From contig JNSD01000001.1 in the NCBI GenBank assembly GCA_000754445.1, forward strand, positions 9,351-73,350: a stretch of DNA of 64,000 nt, given 5' to 3'. The position numbers and the translations under genes were made by a program. The stretch is from an actinobacterium acMicro-4 (GTDB taxonomy: Bacteria; Actinomycetota; Actinomycetes; Actinomycetales; Microbacteriaceae). Position 1 is the first letter of the stretch, and the number at the start of each line of letters is the position of its first letter. Of the stretch, positions 41,764-52,279 are shown piece by piece. Under the pieces are notes generated by a model. The model ran no database searches, had not been told where the DNA came from, and saw only the letters and a list, made by a program, of their open reading frames with translations.

Positions 41764-43130
41764 TGGCCTGTCAGTGGGGCAATCAGCTTCGACACCAGCG
41801 ATGGTTTCCCGGTGCGAGCCTCAATCCGGTCGGCCAGGGCGACACCCACGATGGCTGCGGTTGCGCCGACATAGCGCAGCGGCTCTGGTTCCCACTTCGG
41901 TGACTGGTGTCCCACAAAGGGCAACGCCGTTCGCGATGTGGTCTTGCCCAGAACCAGGTCGGCAAGCGTGAGGCCTGCCAAGTGCGAAAGCCCCACCCCG
42001 TCTCCCACGTAACCGCCGGCTCGGCCAATGCCGGTGGTGGCATCCAGGGTGACAGACGAGTGCCAATCGCGGGGAACACCGAGAACCCCACCCCAGTTGT
42101 GGGTAATTGCGTAGGGGGCAAGAACGGGGAACAACTCAACGAGGGTCTGGTGAAGGGCTGAGAACACCCGTGGCACTCGGTCAAACTCTGGTTTCACCCG
42201 ACTGCCCCAGTGGTAGGGGGCGCCCCTGCCGCCAAAGGCGATGCGATTATCGGCAGTGCGCTGCCCATAAATGATGAGCGACCGGAAATCGGCGAACGTC
42301 ATTCCGTGCTCCAGGCCAATCGCGTCGAACGCCGAATCGGGCAAGACCTCGGTGGCGATCATCAGTGAATACAGAGGTAGTGAGTGTCGCCTGGTCTGCT
42401 TGAGTTGAGAGCGATAGCCCTCCATTGCATCAATGACGACATCGCCCCTCACCACCCCTCGCGAGGTGGTCACACGGCCAGCCTGGTAGTGGAGAACCTC
42501 GGTCTGTTCCGCAATCCGGATTCCGGCCGATTCCGCAGCGCTGGCCAAACCGCGAACAAGTTTCGCGGGGTGAAGCCTTGCGCAGGCCGGGTCAAAGACC
42601 GCGCCGAGCGTTTCGGTGGCCTGGAGGGTTTCGCCGGCGCTTCGCCACACAGCGTTATCTGCTGGCGTGAGGGCCGCATCGGCAAGGCTCTCTTTCGCCC
42701 GGTGTTCTTGAATAGGGCTTCTCACCAGAGTGGTGGTCCCACCGGTCACAAAGTCACAGTCAATATCGAGGTCTTTCGACCAGCGCCCGACCGAGTCAAC
42801 GGCGTCGACCATGGCGTGGCGAAGTGCTGTCGCAGCCTCGAGGCCGTGCTGCTTGATGAGCGATCCCACACTGGTGGGGAAGAGCGCTGAACACCAGCCG
42901 CCATTTCTGCCAGAAGCCCCAAACCCGGCCACTTCCTTCTCGAGAACGAGAATGCGTAAATCGGGGGATTGCTTGGCCAGTGCCAGGGCTGTCCACAGGC
43001 CGGTGTACCCGGCACCCATGATCACAACGTCCCAGTGGGCCTGGGTCTGGGCACCAGAGAGACTAGCCCTGGGCGAGAAGGACTCGCCCATGGTGTCGTG
43101 CCACAGCGACAAAGACCGGTAGTCAACCAC
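41760..43130 (-). CDS. FAD-dependent amine oxidase (PuuB/DadA-like)
   Basis: GAGYTG, GASGRNGG; in polyamine cluster. Confidence 0.8.
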   Translation of the reverse strand: MVDYRSLSLWHDTMGESFSPRASLSGAQTQAHWDVVIMGAGYTGLWTALALAKQSPDLRILVLEKEVAGFGASGRNGGWCSALFPTSVGSLIKQHGLEAATALRHAMVDAVDSVGRWSKDLDIDCDFVTGGTTTLVRSPIQEHRAKESLADAALTPADNAVWRSAGETLQATETLGAVFDPACARLHPAKLVRGLASAAESAGIRIAEQTEVLHYQAGRVTTSRGVVRGDVVIDAMEGYRSQLKQTRRHSLPLYSLMIATEVLPDSAFDAIGLEHGMTFADFRSLIIYGQRTADNRIAFGGRGAPYHWGSRVKPEFDRVPRVFSALHQTLVELFPVLAPYAITHNWGGVLGVPRDWHSSVTLDATTGIGRAGGYVGDGVGLSHLAGLTLADLVLGKTTSRTALPFVGHQSPKWEPEPLRYVGATAAIVGVALADRIEARTGKPSLVSKLIAPLTGH

Positions 43131-43141
43131 GAAGCGCCTCC

Positions 43142-44602
43142 CTAGAGAAGCTTGCTGGCTCGGGTGAGAACGTCGCGCAAAATCGCTTCAATCTCATCAA
43201 ACTCTGTGGGGCCAATTGTCAGCGGCGGTGCCAACTGAATCACAGGGTCGCCTCGGTCATCGGCGCGGCAATAAAGCCCCGCCTGGAAAAGAGCCTTCGA
43301 GAGGAAGCCGCGCAGAAGCTTCTCTGACTCGGCCTCGGAGAAGGTTTCCTTGGTGGTTTTATTTTTGACAAGCTCGATGCCGAAGAAGTAGCCGGCACCG
43401 CGCACGTCGCCGACAATCGGAATGTCGAGCAGGCGCTCGAGTGCCGCACGGAACTTCGGTGAGTTCTCGCGAACGTGCTCGTTGATTTTCTCTTCTTCGA
43501 AAATCTTCAAGTTCTCCAGTGCCACCGCAGCGGAGACCGGGTGTCCGCCAAAGGTGTAGCCGTGGTAAAAGGTGGTGTTGCCCTTCGCGAACGGCTCGAA
43601 GAGTCGATCACTAGTGATCATCGCCCCAATGGGGGAGTAACCACTGGTCATGCCCTTGGCGCAGGTGATGATGTCTGGGACATAGTCAAAGGCCGTGCAG
43701 GCAAACATTTCGCCGATCCGGCCAAAGGCACAGATGACTTCGTCGCTGACTAGCAACACATCGTGCTTGTCGCAGATTTCGCGGACCCTTTGGAAATAGC
43801 CGGGAGGTGGAGGGAAACACCCGCCCGAGTTCTGGACTGGTTCCAAGAAGACAGCGGCCACGGTTTCGGCGCCCTCGAACTCGATCATTTCTTCAATGCG
43901 GTTCGCTGCCCAGAGACCAAACTCTTCTTCGGTGCCGCCGGGGAAACCCATTTCCTCGGCGCGATAGTAGTTGGTGTTGGGCACCCGGAAGCCACCGGGC
44001 GTGAGGGGCTCAAACATTGCCTTCATCGCCGGAATTCCAGTGATGGCGAGCGCACCCTGAGGCGTCCCGTGGTAGGCGATGTTGCGTGAGATCACTTTGT
44101 GCTTCATGGGCTTGCCCATGAGCTTCCAATACTGCTTGGCCAACTTGAACGCGCTTTCGACGGCTTCGCCACCACCCGTGGTGAAGAACACCTTGTTCAA
44201 ATCCCCCGGGGCATAGTCGGCCAGCTTGTCGGCAAGCTCAATGGCGGAAGGGTGAGCGTAGGACCAGAGCGGGAAGAACGCGAGTTCTTCAGCTTGCTTC
44301 GCGGCTACCTCGGCAAGACGCTTGCGACCGTGTCCTGCGTTGACCACGAAGAGGCCCGAGAGGCCATCAAAATACTTCTTGCCTTTGTCATCCCAGATGT
44401 GGTGGCCGGAGCCTTTCACAATGATGGGCACCTCGGCACCTGCGGAGAGGGGCCCCTGCCTAGTGAAGTGCATCCAGAGGTGATCGCGAGCCTTGTCCTG
44501 CAGGGTCTCAGCCTTCTTGCCGCGGCGCTTGGTCAGAGGTGGCGTCTTTGCCACGTGGTGTTGGTTCTTCGCGGTCTTCAGTAATTTGTCGATGATTGTC
44601 AT
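43142..44602 (-). CDS. Class III aminotransferase (putrescine/omega-amine type)
   Basis: AYHG, DEVICAFGR, CAKG, HGYTFGGHP. Confidence 0.88.
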   Translation of the reverse strand: MTIIDKLLKTAKNQHHVAKTPPLTKRRGKKAETLQDKARDHLWMHFTRQGPLSAGAEVPIIVKGSGHHIWDDKGKKYFDGLSGLFVVNAGHGRKRLAEVAAKQAEELAFFPLWSYAHPSAIELADKLADYAPGDLNKVFFTTGGGEAVESAFKLAKQYWKLMGKPMKHKVISRNIAYHGTPQGALAITGIPAMKAMFEPLTPGGFRVPNTNYYRAEEMGFPGGTEEEFGLWAANRIEEMIEFEGAETVAAVFLEPVQNSGGCFPPPPGYFQRVREICDKHDVLLVSDEVICAFGRIGEMFACTAFDYVPDIITCAKGMTSGYSPIGAMITSDRLFEPFAKGNTTFYHGYTFGGHPVSAAVALENLKIFEEEKINEHVRENSPKFRAALERLLDIPIVGDVRGAGYFFGIELVKNKTTKETFSEAESEKLLRGFLSKALFQAGLYCRADDRGDPVIQLAPPLTIGPTEFDEIEAILRDVLTRASKLL

Positions 44603-45072
44603 CGTGCTCCCCAGTCGTAGTGTTCTTTTTCGAGTGATAGATAGGTGAATGTTTCTGTGTCGACCACACCGGGTGTGGTGCGGATGGAGCCGTGAAGGAC
44701 TTCGCGCAACTCGTTGTCGTCGACACAGACGATTTCAGCGAGCATGTCGAAGCGGCCCGTGGTGAGAACCAAGTAGTCGACCTGGTCGATTTTCTTGATT
44801 GCCTCGGCGACCGATCGTGCGTCGCCTGTCACCCGGATGCCGATCATCGCCTGGCGATAGAACCCCAGCTGGCTGGGGTCTGTCACAGCGACAATTTGCA
44901 TCACGCCGGCATCGGTGAGCTTGCTCACACGCTGCCTCACGGCTGCCTCACTGAGACCGACTCGCTTGCCGACTTCGGCATAGGACATGCGACCGTCACG
45001 CTGCAGCAAGCTGATAATTTGCTTAGCTGCTTCGTCAATCGCGACCCGTTGAGTCAGTTCTGCGCGAGGCAT
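44599..45072 (-). CDS. Lrp/AsnC transcriptional regulator
   Basis: LQRDGR...VGLSEAAVRQRV HTH, TGRFD. Confidence 0.92.
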   Translation of the reverse strand: MPRAELTQRVAIDEAAKQIISLLQRDGRMSYAEVGKRVGLSEAAVRQRVSKLTDAGVMQIVAVTDPSQLGFYRQAMIGIRVTGDARSVAEAIKKIDQVDYLVLTTGRFDMLAEIVCVDDNELREVLHGSIRTTPGVVDTETFTYLSLEKEHYDWGAR

Positions 45073-45198
45073 ACTGTGATATTCGCACTATTTTTGCCAT
45101 TTGGCAATCGAAAAACTCACCATTCTAGAAAATTGCAACGAAAACCACACTAATTTTCCGGCTAGACCTACGGGTCGCCTCTGCGTTAGGTTATGGGC

Positions 45199-46635
45199 AT
45201 GACTACTCCGACTTTGAAAAACTTTGTCAACGGTTCTTACGTCGACTCCAAGGGCAAGGACGCCCTTGAGTTGATCGACCCCGCCACGGAAAAGGTGTAC
45301 GCCCACTCTCCGATCTCCAACCAGGCCGACGTCGATAATGCCTACCAGGCAGCGGCCACTGCGTTCGAGTCGTGGAAAGAGACCACACCCTCCGAGCGTC
45401 AACTGGCTCTATTCCGTATTGCGGATGAGATGGAGAAGCGCGCCGAAGATTTTGCCGACCTCGAATCACAGGACACGGGTAAGCCGCGTGGCTCGCTCGT
45501 GCAGAACGAGATTCTTGTGAGCGTGGACCAGATTCGATTCTTTGCCGGTGCTGCCAGAAACCTTGAGGGTCGGGCAGCCGGCGAATACATGAAGGACCAC
45601 ACCTCGATGATTAGGCGCGAGCCGATTGGTGTCGTCGGTCAGGTCACTCCTTGGAACTATCCGCTCAACATGGCTGTGTGGAAATTCGCTCCCGCAGTGG
45701 CCGCTGGTAACACCACGGTGCTGAAGCCCTCCGACACCACCCCGCAGAGCACCCTGTTGCTCGCTGAGATCTGCTCGCTTCACTTGCCCCCCGGTGTTGT
45801 CAACGTCATTACCGGTGACCGCACGAGTGGTGCCGCGATGATTGACCACAAAATTCCCCAGATGGTCTCCATCACCGGTTCCGTGCGAGCGGGTATGGAG
45901 GTGGCTAAGGCCGCATCGAGCGACCTCAAGCGCGTCCACCTCGAGCTTGGCGGCAAGGCACCCGTGGTCGTCTTCGACGACGCCGATCTCGAACTTGCTG
46001 CTGAGGGAATCGGAATCGCTGGGTTCTTCAACGCGGGACAGGACTGCACCGCTGCCACCAGAGTGCTGGTTCACAAGAACGTCCACGACGAGTTCGTCGC
46101 TGTGCTCACCAAGTGGGTCAAAGAAAACGTAACGACCGGTATGCCAAGCGACCCAGATGCCTTCTATGGCCCGGTCAACAACTCGAACCAAATGGATCGA
46201 GTGATGAGCATGATTGATGCTCTCCCGAAGAACGCCACCATTGAAATGGGTGGCGTCCGTCAAGGGTCATCCGGATACTTCATTGAGCCCACAGTCGTTA
46301 CTGGTTTGAAGCAAAAAGATGACGCCATCCAGAACGAAATCTTCGGACCGGTCATCACCATCCAGCCCTTTTCTGAAGAAAAGGAAGCCCTCCAGATGGC
46401 CAACGATGTTCTCTATGGCCTCTCCTCGAGTGTGTGGACGAGGAACCACGGCCGCGCAATGCGCTTCGCCAAGGGACTGGACTTTGGTGCGGTGTGGATT
46501 AATTGCCACATCCCGCTCGTTGCCGAAATGCCCCACGGTGGTTTCAAGCACTCGGGCTACGGAAAAGATCTCTCGCAATACGGCTTTGAGGACTACACGC
46601 GCATCAAGCACGTGATGTCTTTCATCGGCGCATAG
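45199..46635 (+). CDS. patD: Gamma-aminobutyraldehyde dehydrogenase
   Basis: PWNYP, ITGS, LELGGK, NAGQDCTA, EIFGP. Confidence 0.82.
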   Translation: MTTPTLKNFVNGSYVDSKGKDALELIDPATEKVYAHSPISNQADVDNAYQAAATAFESWKETTPSERQLALFRIADEMEKRAEDFADLESQDTGKPRGSLVQNEILVSVDQIRFFAGAARNLEGRAAGEYMKDHTSMIRREPIGVVGQVTPWNYPLNMAVWKFAPAVAAGNTTVLKPSDTTPQSTLLLAEICSLHLPPGVVNVITGDRTSGAAMIDHKIPQMVSITGSVRAGMEVAKAASSDLKRVHLELGGKAPVVVFDDADLELAAEGIGIAGFFNAGQDCTAATRVLVHKNVHDEFVAVLTKWVKENVTTGMPSDPDAFYGPVNNSNQMDRVMSMIDALPKNATIEMGGVRQGSSGYFIEPTVVTGLKQKDDAIQNEIFGPVITIQPFSEEKEALQMANDVLYGLSSSVWTRNHGRAMRFAKGLDFGAVWINCHIPLVAEMPHGGFKHSGYGKDLSQYGFEDYTRIKHVMSFIGA

Positions 46636-46740
46636 CCAGAGATTTACAGGTCTGTAACGTCTCGTGCTAACACGGCAAGGGATGGGAGGTCTATTATCAA
46701 GAACTAAGTGGTATCCCAGAACGACAACAAAGGAGTTTCG

Positions 46741-47946
46741 ATGATGAATCGCCCATTACCCGAAGACCCGATGATTCGTAGCCTCATCAAGATGGCCAAG
46801 AAATCGCAGGTCTCTAGGCGCACCTTTCTGTCAGGAACCGGCGGTGGCGCCGTAGCTCTCGGCTTGGCAGCGTGTGCTGGCGATGCTGAGATTATTGCGC
46901 CTGAGGACATCTCGGCGACTGACAAGACCCTCAACTGGTCCAACTGGCCCTTCTATATCGACGAAGACGACGATGGCAATTACCCGACGCTGGTGCGCTT
47001 TGAGGAGCAGTTCGGCATCGACGTCAACTACATGGTCGACTACGACGACAACAACACCTACTTCGCTAAGGTCCGCGATCAGCTCTCCCTGGGCCAGGAC
47101 ATCGGTGCCGACCTCGTGTGTCCCACCGAGTGGATGGTCAGCCGTTGGGTCAGCCTGGGATATGTCCAGGAGTTCAACGAGGCCAATATGCCGAACAAGG
47201 CGAACGTGGTCGCGAGCCTCGCTAACCCGGACTTTGACCCAGGTCGCAAGAAGTCTCTTCCCTGGCAGGCTGGTTTTGCCGGCATCGCCTACAACACCGA
47301 GAAGACCGGTGAGGTTCGCACCATTGAAGACCTGTGGCGTGATGACCTCAATGGTCGTGTCGTGGTTCTCTCCGAAATGCGCGACACCATGGGCCTCCTT
47401 CTGATGGCCAACGGTGTTGACATCTCGGGTGACTGGGGCAATGACGAGTTCAACGCTGCGATTGATGTGCTCACGGAGCAGGTCGGCCGCGGACAGATTC
47501 GTAACGTTCGTGGGAACTCGTACACCGAGGACTTGGTGAGCGAGGATGCTCTCGCAGCAATCGGGTGGTCTGGTGACATCACACTGCTCAACTTCGAGGC
47601 TGGCTACGAGAAGTGGAAGTTTGTCTTCCCCGAATCCGGTGCCACCATCTGGAACGACACGTTCGTCGTTCCGGTCGGATCTCCTCGCAAGACCAACGCA
47701 GAGATCCTGATGAACTACTACTACCAGCCCGAGGTTGCCGCTGAGGTAGCTGCATGGGTGAACTACGTGACACCTGTCGAGGGTGCTTACGAAGCTGCCA
47801 TCGCTATCGATCCTGAGCTTGCTGAAAACCAGCTCATCTTCCCGAACGCTGAGACCCTCTCGAAGGTTAAGGCATTCAAGACGCTCGATTCCGCTGAAGA
47901 CAACGAGTACCAGGCAGCCTTCCAGGCTGTGGTGCTGGGCGCTTAG
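46741..47946 (+). CDS. potD: Polyamine ABC transporter binding lipoprotein, Tat-exported
   Basis: SRRTFL twin-arginine signal, lipobox LAAC, NWPFYI, WSGD. Confidence 0.85.
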   Translation: MMNRPLPEDPMIRSLIKMAKKSQVSRRTFLSGTGGGAVALGLAACAGDAEIIAPEDISATDKTLNWSNWPFYIDEDDDGNYPTLVRFEEQFGIDVNYMVDYDDNNTYFAKVRDQLSLGQDIGADLVCPTEWMVSRWVSLGYVQEFNEANMPNKANVVASLANPDFDPGRKKSLPWQAGFAGIAYNTEKTGEVRTIEDLWRDDLNGRVVVLSEMRDTMGLLLMANGVDISGDWGNDEFNAAIDVLTEQVGRGQIRNVRGNSYTEDLVSEDALAAIGWSGDITLLNFEAGYEKWKFVFPESGATIWNDTFVVPVGSPRKTNAEILMNYYYQPEVAAEVAAWVNYVTPVEGAYEAAIAIDPELAENQLIFPNAETLSKVKAFKTLDSAEDNEYQAAFQAVVLGA

Positions 47947-47970
47947 TAGTCGGGCAACGGAGAAACTCCC

Positions 47971-49185
47971 GTGGCAGAGACATCGTCATCTGTCCGCGGA
48001 TTCGCTGAGGCTGGCGCCGACCTTTCACTGGTCGGCGTCAGCAAGCGTTTCCCCGGCTTTACCGCGATTGACGACCTGTTCCTCGACATTCCGGCGGGAT
48101 CCTTCTTCGCTCTCTTGGGTCCGAGCGGATGCGGCAAGACGACGACCCTGCGTCTAGTTGCGGGTCTCGAAGAACCCACCCAAGGCAAAATCTTGATTGG
48201 CGGAAAAGACGTCACTAACACGACCTCCTATCAGCGCCCGGTCAATACTGTCTTCCAGAGCTATGCGCTTTTCCCCCACATGACCATTCTGGAGAACGTG
48301 GCTTTTGGTCTTCGTCGGCGAAGAATTGCTGATGCGGAGAAGCTTGCCAAAGAGGCACTCGACCTGGTGGAACTTGCCCATGTCGCTAGCAGGAAGCCCT
48401 CACAACTCTCCGGCGGGCAGCAACAGCGCGTTGCTTTAGCCCGAGCGGTAGTGAACCGCCCGGCTTTATTACTGCTGGATGAACCGCTCGGCGCGCTGGA
48501 TCTCAAGCTTCGGCGCCAAATGCAACTCGAGCTCAAAGACATTCAGAGCGAGGTGGGCCTCACGTTCCTTCACGTCACCCACGACCAGGAAGAGGCCATG
48601 ACCATGGCTGACACCGTCGCAGTGATGAACCGTGGGCGCATTGAGCAGATGGGTGCTCCGGAGGCTCTTTATGAGTTGCCCACCACCTCTTTTGTTGCAG
48701 CGTTCCTTGGCCAGTCGAATCTTTTCACGGGGGATGTTACCGATTCGAGTGCAACGACGATGACCGTGGGAGTCGCGGGAGTGGGCATAGTCGTTCCGCT
48801 GGATCGGGCTCAAGTTCACCGCGGTGTTGTCACCGTTGGCGTTCGTCCCGAGAAAGTGACACTCCACCGCCAGAAACCCTCCGGATCCAATCGAACTGTC
48901 ATTGGTCCCGGTCGTGTCACCGACGCGTCCTTTAGTGGAGTGAGCACGCAGTACACGGTTGCGGTCCCCGGATTTGGTGACGTGACGGTGTTTGCTCAAA
49001 ACACATCTCTCGGTGATCACGCACGCCCGGGCGACGAGGTCTACTTGTCGTGGTCTCCGGAGCACGCGTTTGGCTTGCTCGATCACCCGAATGTGTCCTC
49101 GGGCAAGTTTGTTGCCGACACCGACACCGGCTCCCTGGTGGTCGCCGAGCGTGAGAAGCTCGAGGCGGAACTCGAGGAGTCCTAA
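47971..49185 (+). CDS. potA: Polyamine ABC transporter ATPase
   Basis: GPSGCGKT, VFQSYALFPH, LSGGQQQR, TOBE domain. Confidence 0.88.
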   Translation: MAETSSSVRGFAEAGADLSLVGVSKRFPGFTAIDDLFLDIPAGSFFALLGPSGCGKTTTLRLVAGLEEPTQGKILIGGKDVTNTTSYQRPVNTVFQSYALFPHMTILENVAFGLRRRRIADAEKLAKEALDLVELAHVASRKPSQLSGGQQQRVALARAVVNRPALLLLDEPLGALDLKLRRQMQLELKDIQSEVGLTFLHVTHDQEEAMTMADTVAVMNRGRIEQMGAPEALYELPTTSFVAAFLGQSNLFTGDVTDSSATTMTVGVAGVGIVVPLDRAQVHRGVVTVGVRPEKVTLHRQKPSGSNRTVIGPGRVTDASFSGVSTQYTVAVPGFGDVTVFAQNTSLGDHARPGDEVYLSWSPEHAFGLLDHPNVSSGKFVADTDTGSLVVAEREKLEAELEES

Positions 49186-49188
49186 ACC

Positions 49189-50115
49189 ATGGCGTTTGGA
49201 GCGTTTCAATCGAGTGTTGGCGCGGGTGCGCCGTCGGGTGCGGCAATTGTTCAGCGAAAGAGCCCGGTGGCGTTGCTCTTGCTGCTCCCCGGTGTTCTCT
49301 ACCTGATTCTCTTCTTCCTCACCCCCCTTCTCTCGCTCGTGCTCACGAGTTTTCAGGAGCCGGTGCCCGGTGGGTTCATTGGCGAGTTCCAGAATTCTTT
49401 CCGTTGGGAGAACTACACCCTCGTCATCGAGACGTACTGGCCCCACATTTCCCGCTCCTTCATCTACGCCCTGGTGGCGACATTCTTTGCTCTCGTCATT
49501 GGCTACCCCATCGCTTATGTGATTGGGGTCAAGCTTCGCGCCTATCCACTCCTCCAGGCATTGGCGCTGGTCTTGGTTATTGCCCCGTTCTTCATTAGCT
49601 TTCTCCTTCGCACCCTCGCCTGGAAGCAGATCTTCGCTGATGAGGGCTGGCTGATGAGTGCGCTCAAGGGCTTGCAGCTCATTCCTGCCGAGGCCTACTT
49701 CACGGGAAGCCCTGCGGCGGTCATCTTTGGGCTGACCTACAACTTCATTCCCTTCATGACCCTGCCCATCTATACATCGCTGGAGAAGCTCGACTTGCGT
49801 TATGTCGAAGCCGGTGGAGACCTCTACGCCCACCCCATCACTGTGTTCCGCACCATTACCTTCCCGCTCTCTCTTCCCGGTGTGCTCTCCGGTGTTTTGC
49901 TGACCTTCATCCCGGCCGCAGGTGATTACATCAACGCCAGCCGAGATTTCTTGGGGTCCACTGACACCCAGATGATTGGCAACGTTATCGAGGCGAATTT
50001 CTTGGTGCTGCAAAACTTCCCCGCAGCGGCAGCGCTCTCGCTACTGCTCATGGGCGCGATTCTCGTTCTGGTGAGCGCGTATGTGAAGCGCAGTGGAACG
50101 GATGAGCTGCTATGA
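49189..50115 (+). CDS. potB: Polyamine ABC permease
   Basis: EAGGDLYA loop, PLSLPG. Confidence 0.85.
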   Translation: MAFGAFQSSVGAGAPSGAAIVQRKSPVALLLLLPGVLYLILFFLTPLLSLVLTSFQEPVPGGFIGEFQNSFRWENYTLVIETYWPHISRSFIYALVATFFALVIGYPIAYVIGVKLRAYPLLQALALVLVIAPFFISFLLRTLAWKQIFADEGWLMSALKGLQLIPAEAYFTGSPAAVIFGLTYNFIPFMTLPIYTSLEKLDLRYVEAGGDLYAHPITVFRTITFPLSLPGVLSGVLLTFIPAAGDYINASRDFLGSTDTQMIGNVIEANFLVLQNFPAAAALSLLLMGAILVLVSAYVKRSGTDELL

Positions 50116-50906
50116 GAGGCTTTGGCAAGTACGCGCTCTACATTTACGTAGCCATTGCTTTCGTCTTTTTGATGATTCCTATTGTCTACACCGTCGCGTT
50201 CTCGTTCAACGACGCACGGCGCACCAACATTGTCTGGCGCGGATTTACTTTTGATAACTGGCTGACCGTCTGTGATGCGCCCTCGGTGTGTGAGTCCTTT
50301 GGCAACAGTATTGTGGTGGCCGTCGTTGCCACCGTGATGGCCACGACGCTTGGCACCATGATTGCGATAGCGCTGGTGCGCTACCGTTTCCGTTTTCGCT
50401 CGGCAACGACTCTTCTTCTGTTTTTACCGATGGCAACGCCTGAGGTGGTCCTTGGCGCTGGGCTCGCAGCCCAGTTCCTCACCGCAGGTGTGGAGAAGGG
50501 TCTGGGCACCGTAATTCTGGCCCACACCATGTTTTGCGTCAGCTTCGTCGTGGTGACCGTGCGTGCTCGGGTGGCAACCCTCGATCCAGCCCTGGAAGAA
50601 GCGGGCCGAGATTTGTACGCTTCGCCGGCGCAGGTGTTTTGGCGCATCACCTTCCCGCTGCTTATCCCAGGAATTGTGGCAGCGGCACTGTTGTCGTTTG
50701 CACTGAGCTTCGACGACTTCATCATCACGAATTTCAACGCGGGCCCTGACATGACCTTCCCCCGCTATGTCTACACGGCGGCGGCGCGCGGAATTCCCGC
50801 GCAAGCCAACGTCATCGCCTCAGCCGTCTTCTTCTTGGCTATTGCCCTGGTCCTGATGTCGCAGATTAATGGGGCCATCAAGCGCCGACAACTGCAGCAC
50901 ACCTAA
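50112..50906 (+). CDS. potC: Polyamine ABC permease
   Basis: LEEAGRDLYA, SFDDF. Confidence 0.85.
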   Translation: MRGFGKYALYIYVAIAFVFLMIPIVYTVAFSFNDARRTNIVWRGFTFDNWLTVCDAPSVCESFGNSIVVAVVATVMATTLGTMIAIALVRYRFRFRSATTLLLFLPMATPEVVLGAGLAAQFLTAGVEKGLGTVILAHTMFCVSFVVVTVRARVATLDPALEEAGRDLYASPAQVFWRITFPLLIPGIVAAALLSFALSFDDFIITNFNAGPDMTFPRYVYTAAARGIPAQANVIASAVFFLAIALVLMSQINGAIKRRQLQHT

Positions 50907-50920
50907 AGGACCGGCATCTC

Positions 50921-52279
50921 ATGACGAGCATTAACCGTGAACGTTTAGCGCGCCTGTGGCATGACGAGGTGGAACTCTTCACCTCCCAGAGGCCCCAATC
51001 GAAGGCTCTCTGGGAGAAGGCCGTTTTGCGCATGCCCGACGGCGTCCCGATGCTGTGGATGGCTAAGTGGCCGGGTCCGTGGCCTGTGTATGTCGACTAT
51101 GCCTCTGGTGCGCACTTCACCTGTGTGGATGGAATCGACCACATTGACCTGTGCCTGGGCGATACTGGCGCAATGGTGGGACATGCTCCCCCAGCGACCG
51201 TGGCAGCTCTCCAGGCTCAGCTGGTCAAGGGTTCGACAACGATGCTCCCCACAGAGGATGCCGAAGTCGCGGCGGGTTTACTTGCCGATCGATTCGGCGT
51301 TCCCTTCTGGCAGTTCACCCTCTCTGCCACTGACGCCAATCGGGCGATGGTGCGCTATTCCCGGCACGTCACTGGCAAGCAGAAGGTCCTGGTCATTGAC
51401 TACTGCTACCACGGCAGCGTGGACGAGACCTTTGCAACCCTGGACCCCTCGGGAGCGGTCGTGGAACGCAGAGGAAACATTGGTGCTCCTGTGCCACCCT
51501 CAGAGACCACTGTCGTTGTGCCCTTCAACGACATCGCTGCTCTCGAGCACGCCTTTGCCACCGAGAGCATCGCGTGCGTGCTGATTGAGCCGGCGATGAC
51601 GAACATAGGAATTGTGTTGCCAGAGGCTGGTTGGCATGAAGCGCTGCGCGCGCTGTGCACCACCCACGGAGCTGTGCTGATTATTGATGAGACCCACACG
51701 CTGTGTGCTGGGCCTGGAGGAATGATTCAGCGCGATGGGTTGCAACCCGATGCTGTCGTGGTGGGGAAGACCATCGGCGGTGGAATCCCCGCAGGCGCCT
51801 ATGGAATGACGGCTGAGCTCCAGGCAAAAGTTCGAGCAAAAATCCACCTCGAGGACATCGATGTCGGAGGCGTTGGAGGTACTTTGGCGGGAAACGCGCT
51901 GTCACTGGCTGGCATTCGCGCGACACTCTCCGATGTGCTCACACCCGAGGTGTACCCGGCGATGATTGAGCGGGCAACAGAGTGGACGAAGGGCGTTCAG
52001 GACGCAATTGACGAGCACGGACTGCCCTGGCAGGTCACCCAATTGGGATCACGCTCCGAGTACAGCTTCTTACCACACGCTCCTCGCCACGGCAAAGAAG
52101 CCGCTGATGCCGATGATTTCGAGCTTCAGCAGTACCTCCATCTCCACGCGTTGAACCGGGGAATCCTTGTGACGCCTTTTCACAACATGGCTCTGATGAG
52201 CCCAGCAACGACAGCCGCTGACGTCGCCGCTCACACCGCGCATTTCCGGGACGCCGTGGAAAGCTTGATGGGTGAGTAA
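50921..52279 (+). CDS. Class III aminotransferase, GSA-aminomutase-like fold
   Basis: CYHG, IDETH, GKTIGGG, GGTLAGN. Confidence 0.8.
   Translation: MTSINRERLARLWHDEVELFTSQRPQSKALWEKAVLRMPDGVPMLWMAKWPGPWPVYVDYASGAHFTCVDGIDHIDLCLGDTGAMVGHAPPATVAALQAQLVKGSTTMLPTEDAEVAAGLLADRFGVPFWQFTLSATDANRAMVRYSRHVTGKQKVLVIDYCYHGSVDETFATLDPSGAVVERRGNIGAPVPPSETTVVVPFNDIAALEHAFATESIACVLIEPAMTNIGIVLPEAGWHEALRALCTTHGAVLIIDETHTLCAGPGGMIQRDGLQPDAVVVGKTIGGGIPAGAYGMTAELQAKVRAKIHLEDIDVGGVGGTLAGNALSLAGIRATLSDVLTPEVYPAMIERATEWTKGVQDAIDEHGLPWQVTQLGSRSEYSFLPHAPRHGKEAADADDFELQQYLHLHALNRGILVTPFHNMALMSPATTAADVAAHTAHFRDAVESLMGE

Noticed and set aside
48469-50013. 514-aa antisense ORF, and similar long shadows such as 30798-31553, 58613-59524 and 13420-14208
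   Set aside because: They lie opposite well-supported genes, have no motifs, and are expected from GC-rich codon bias
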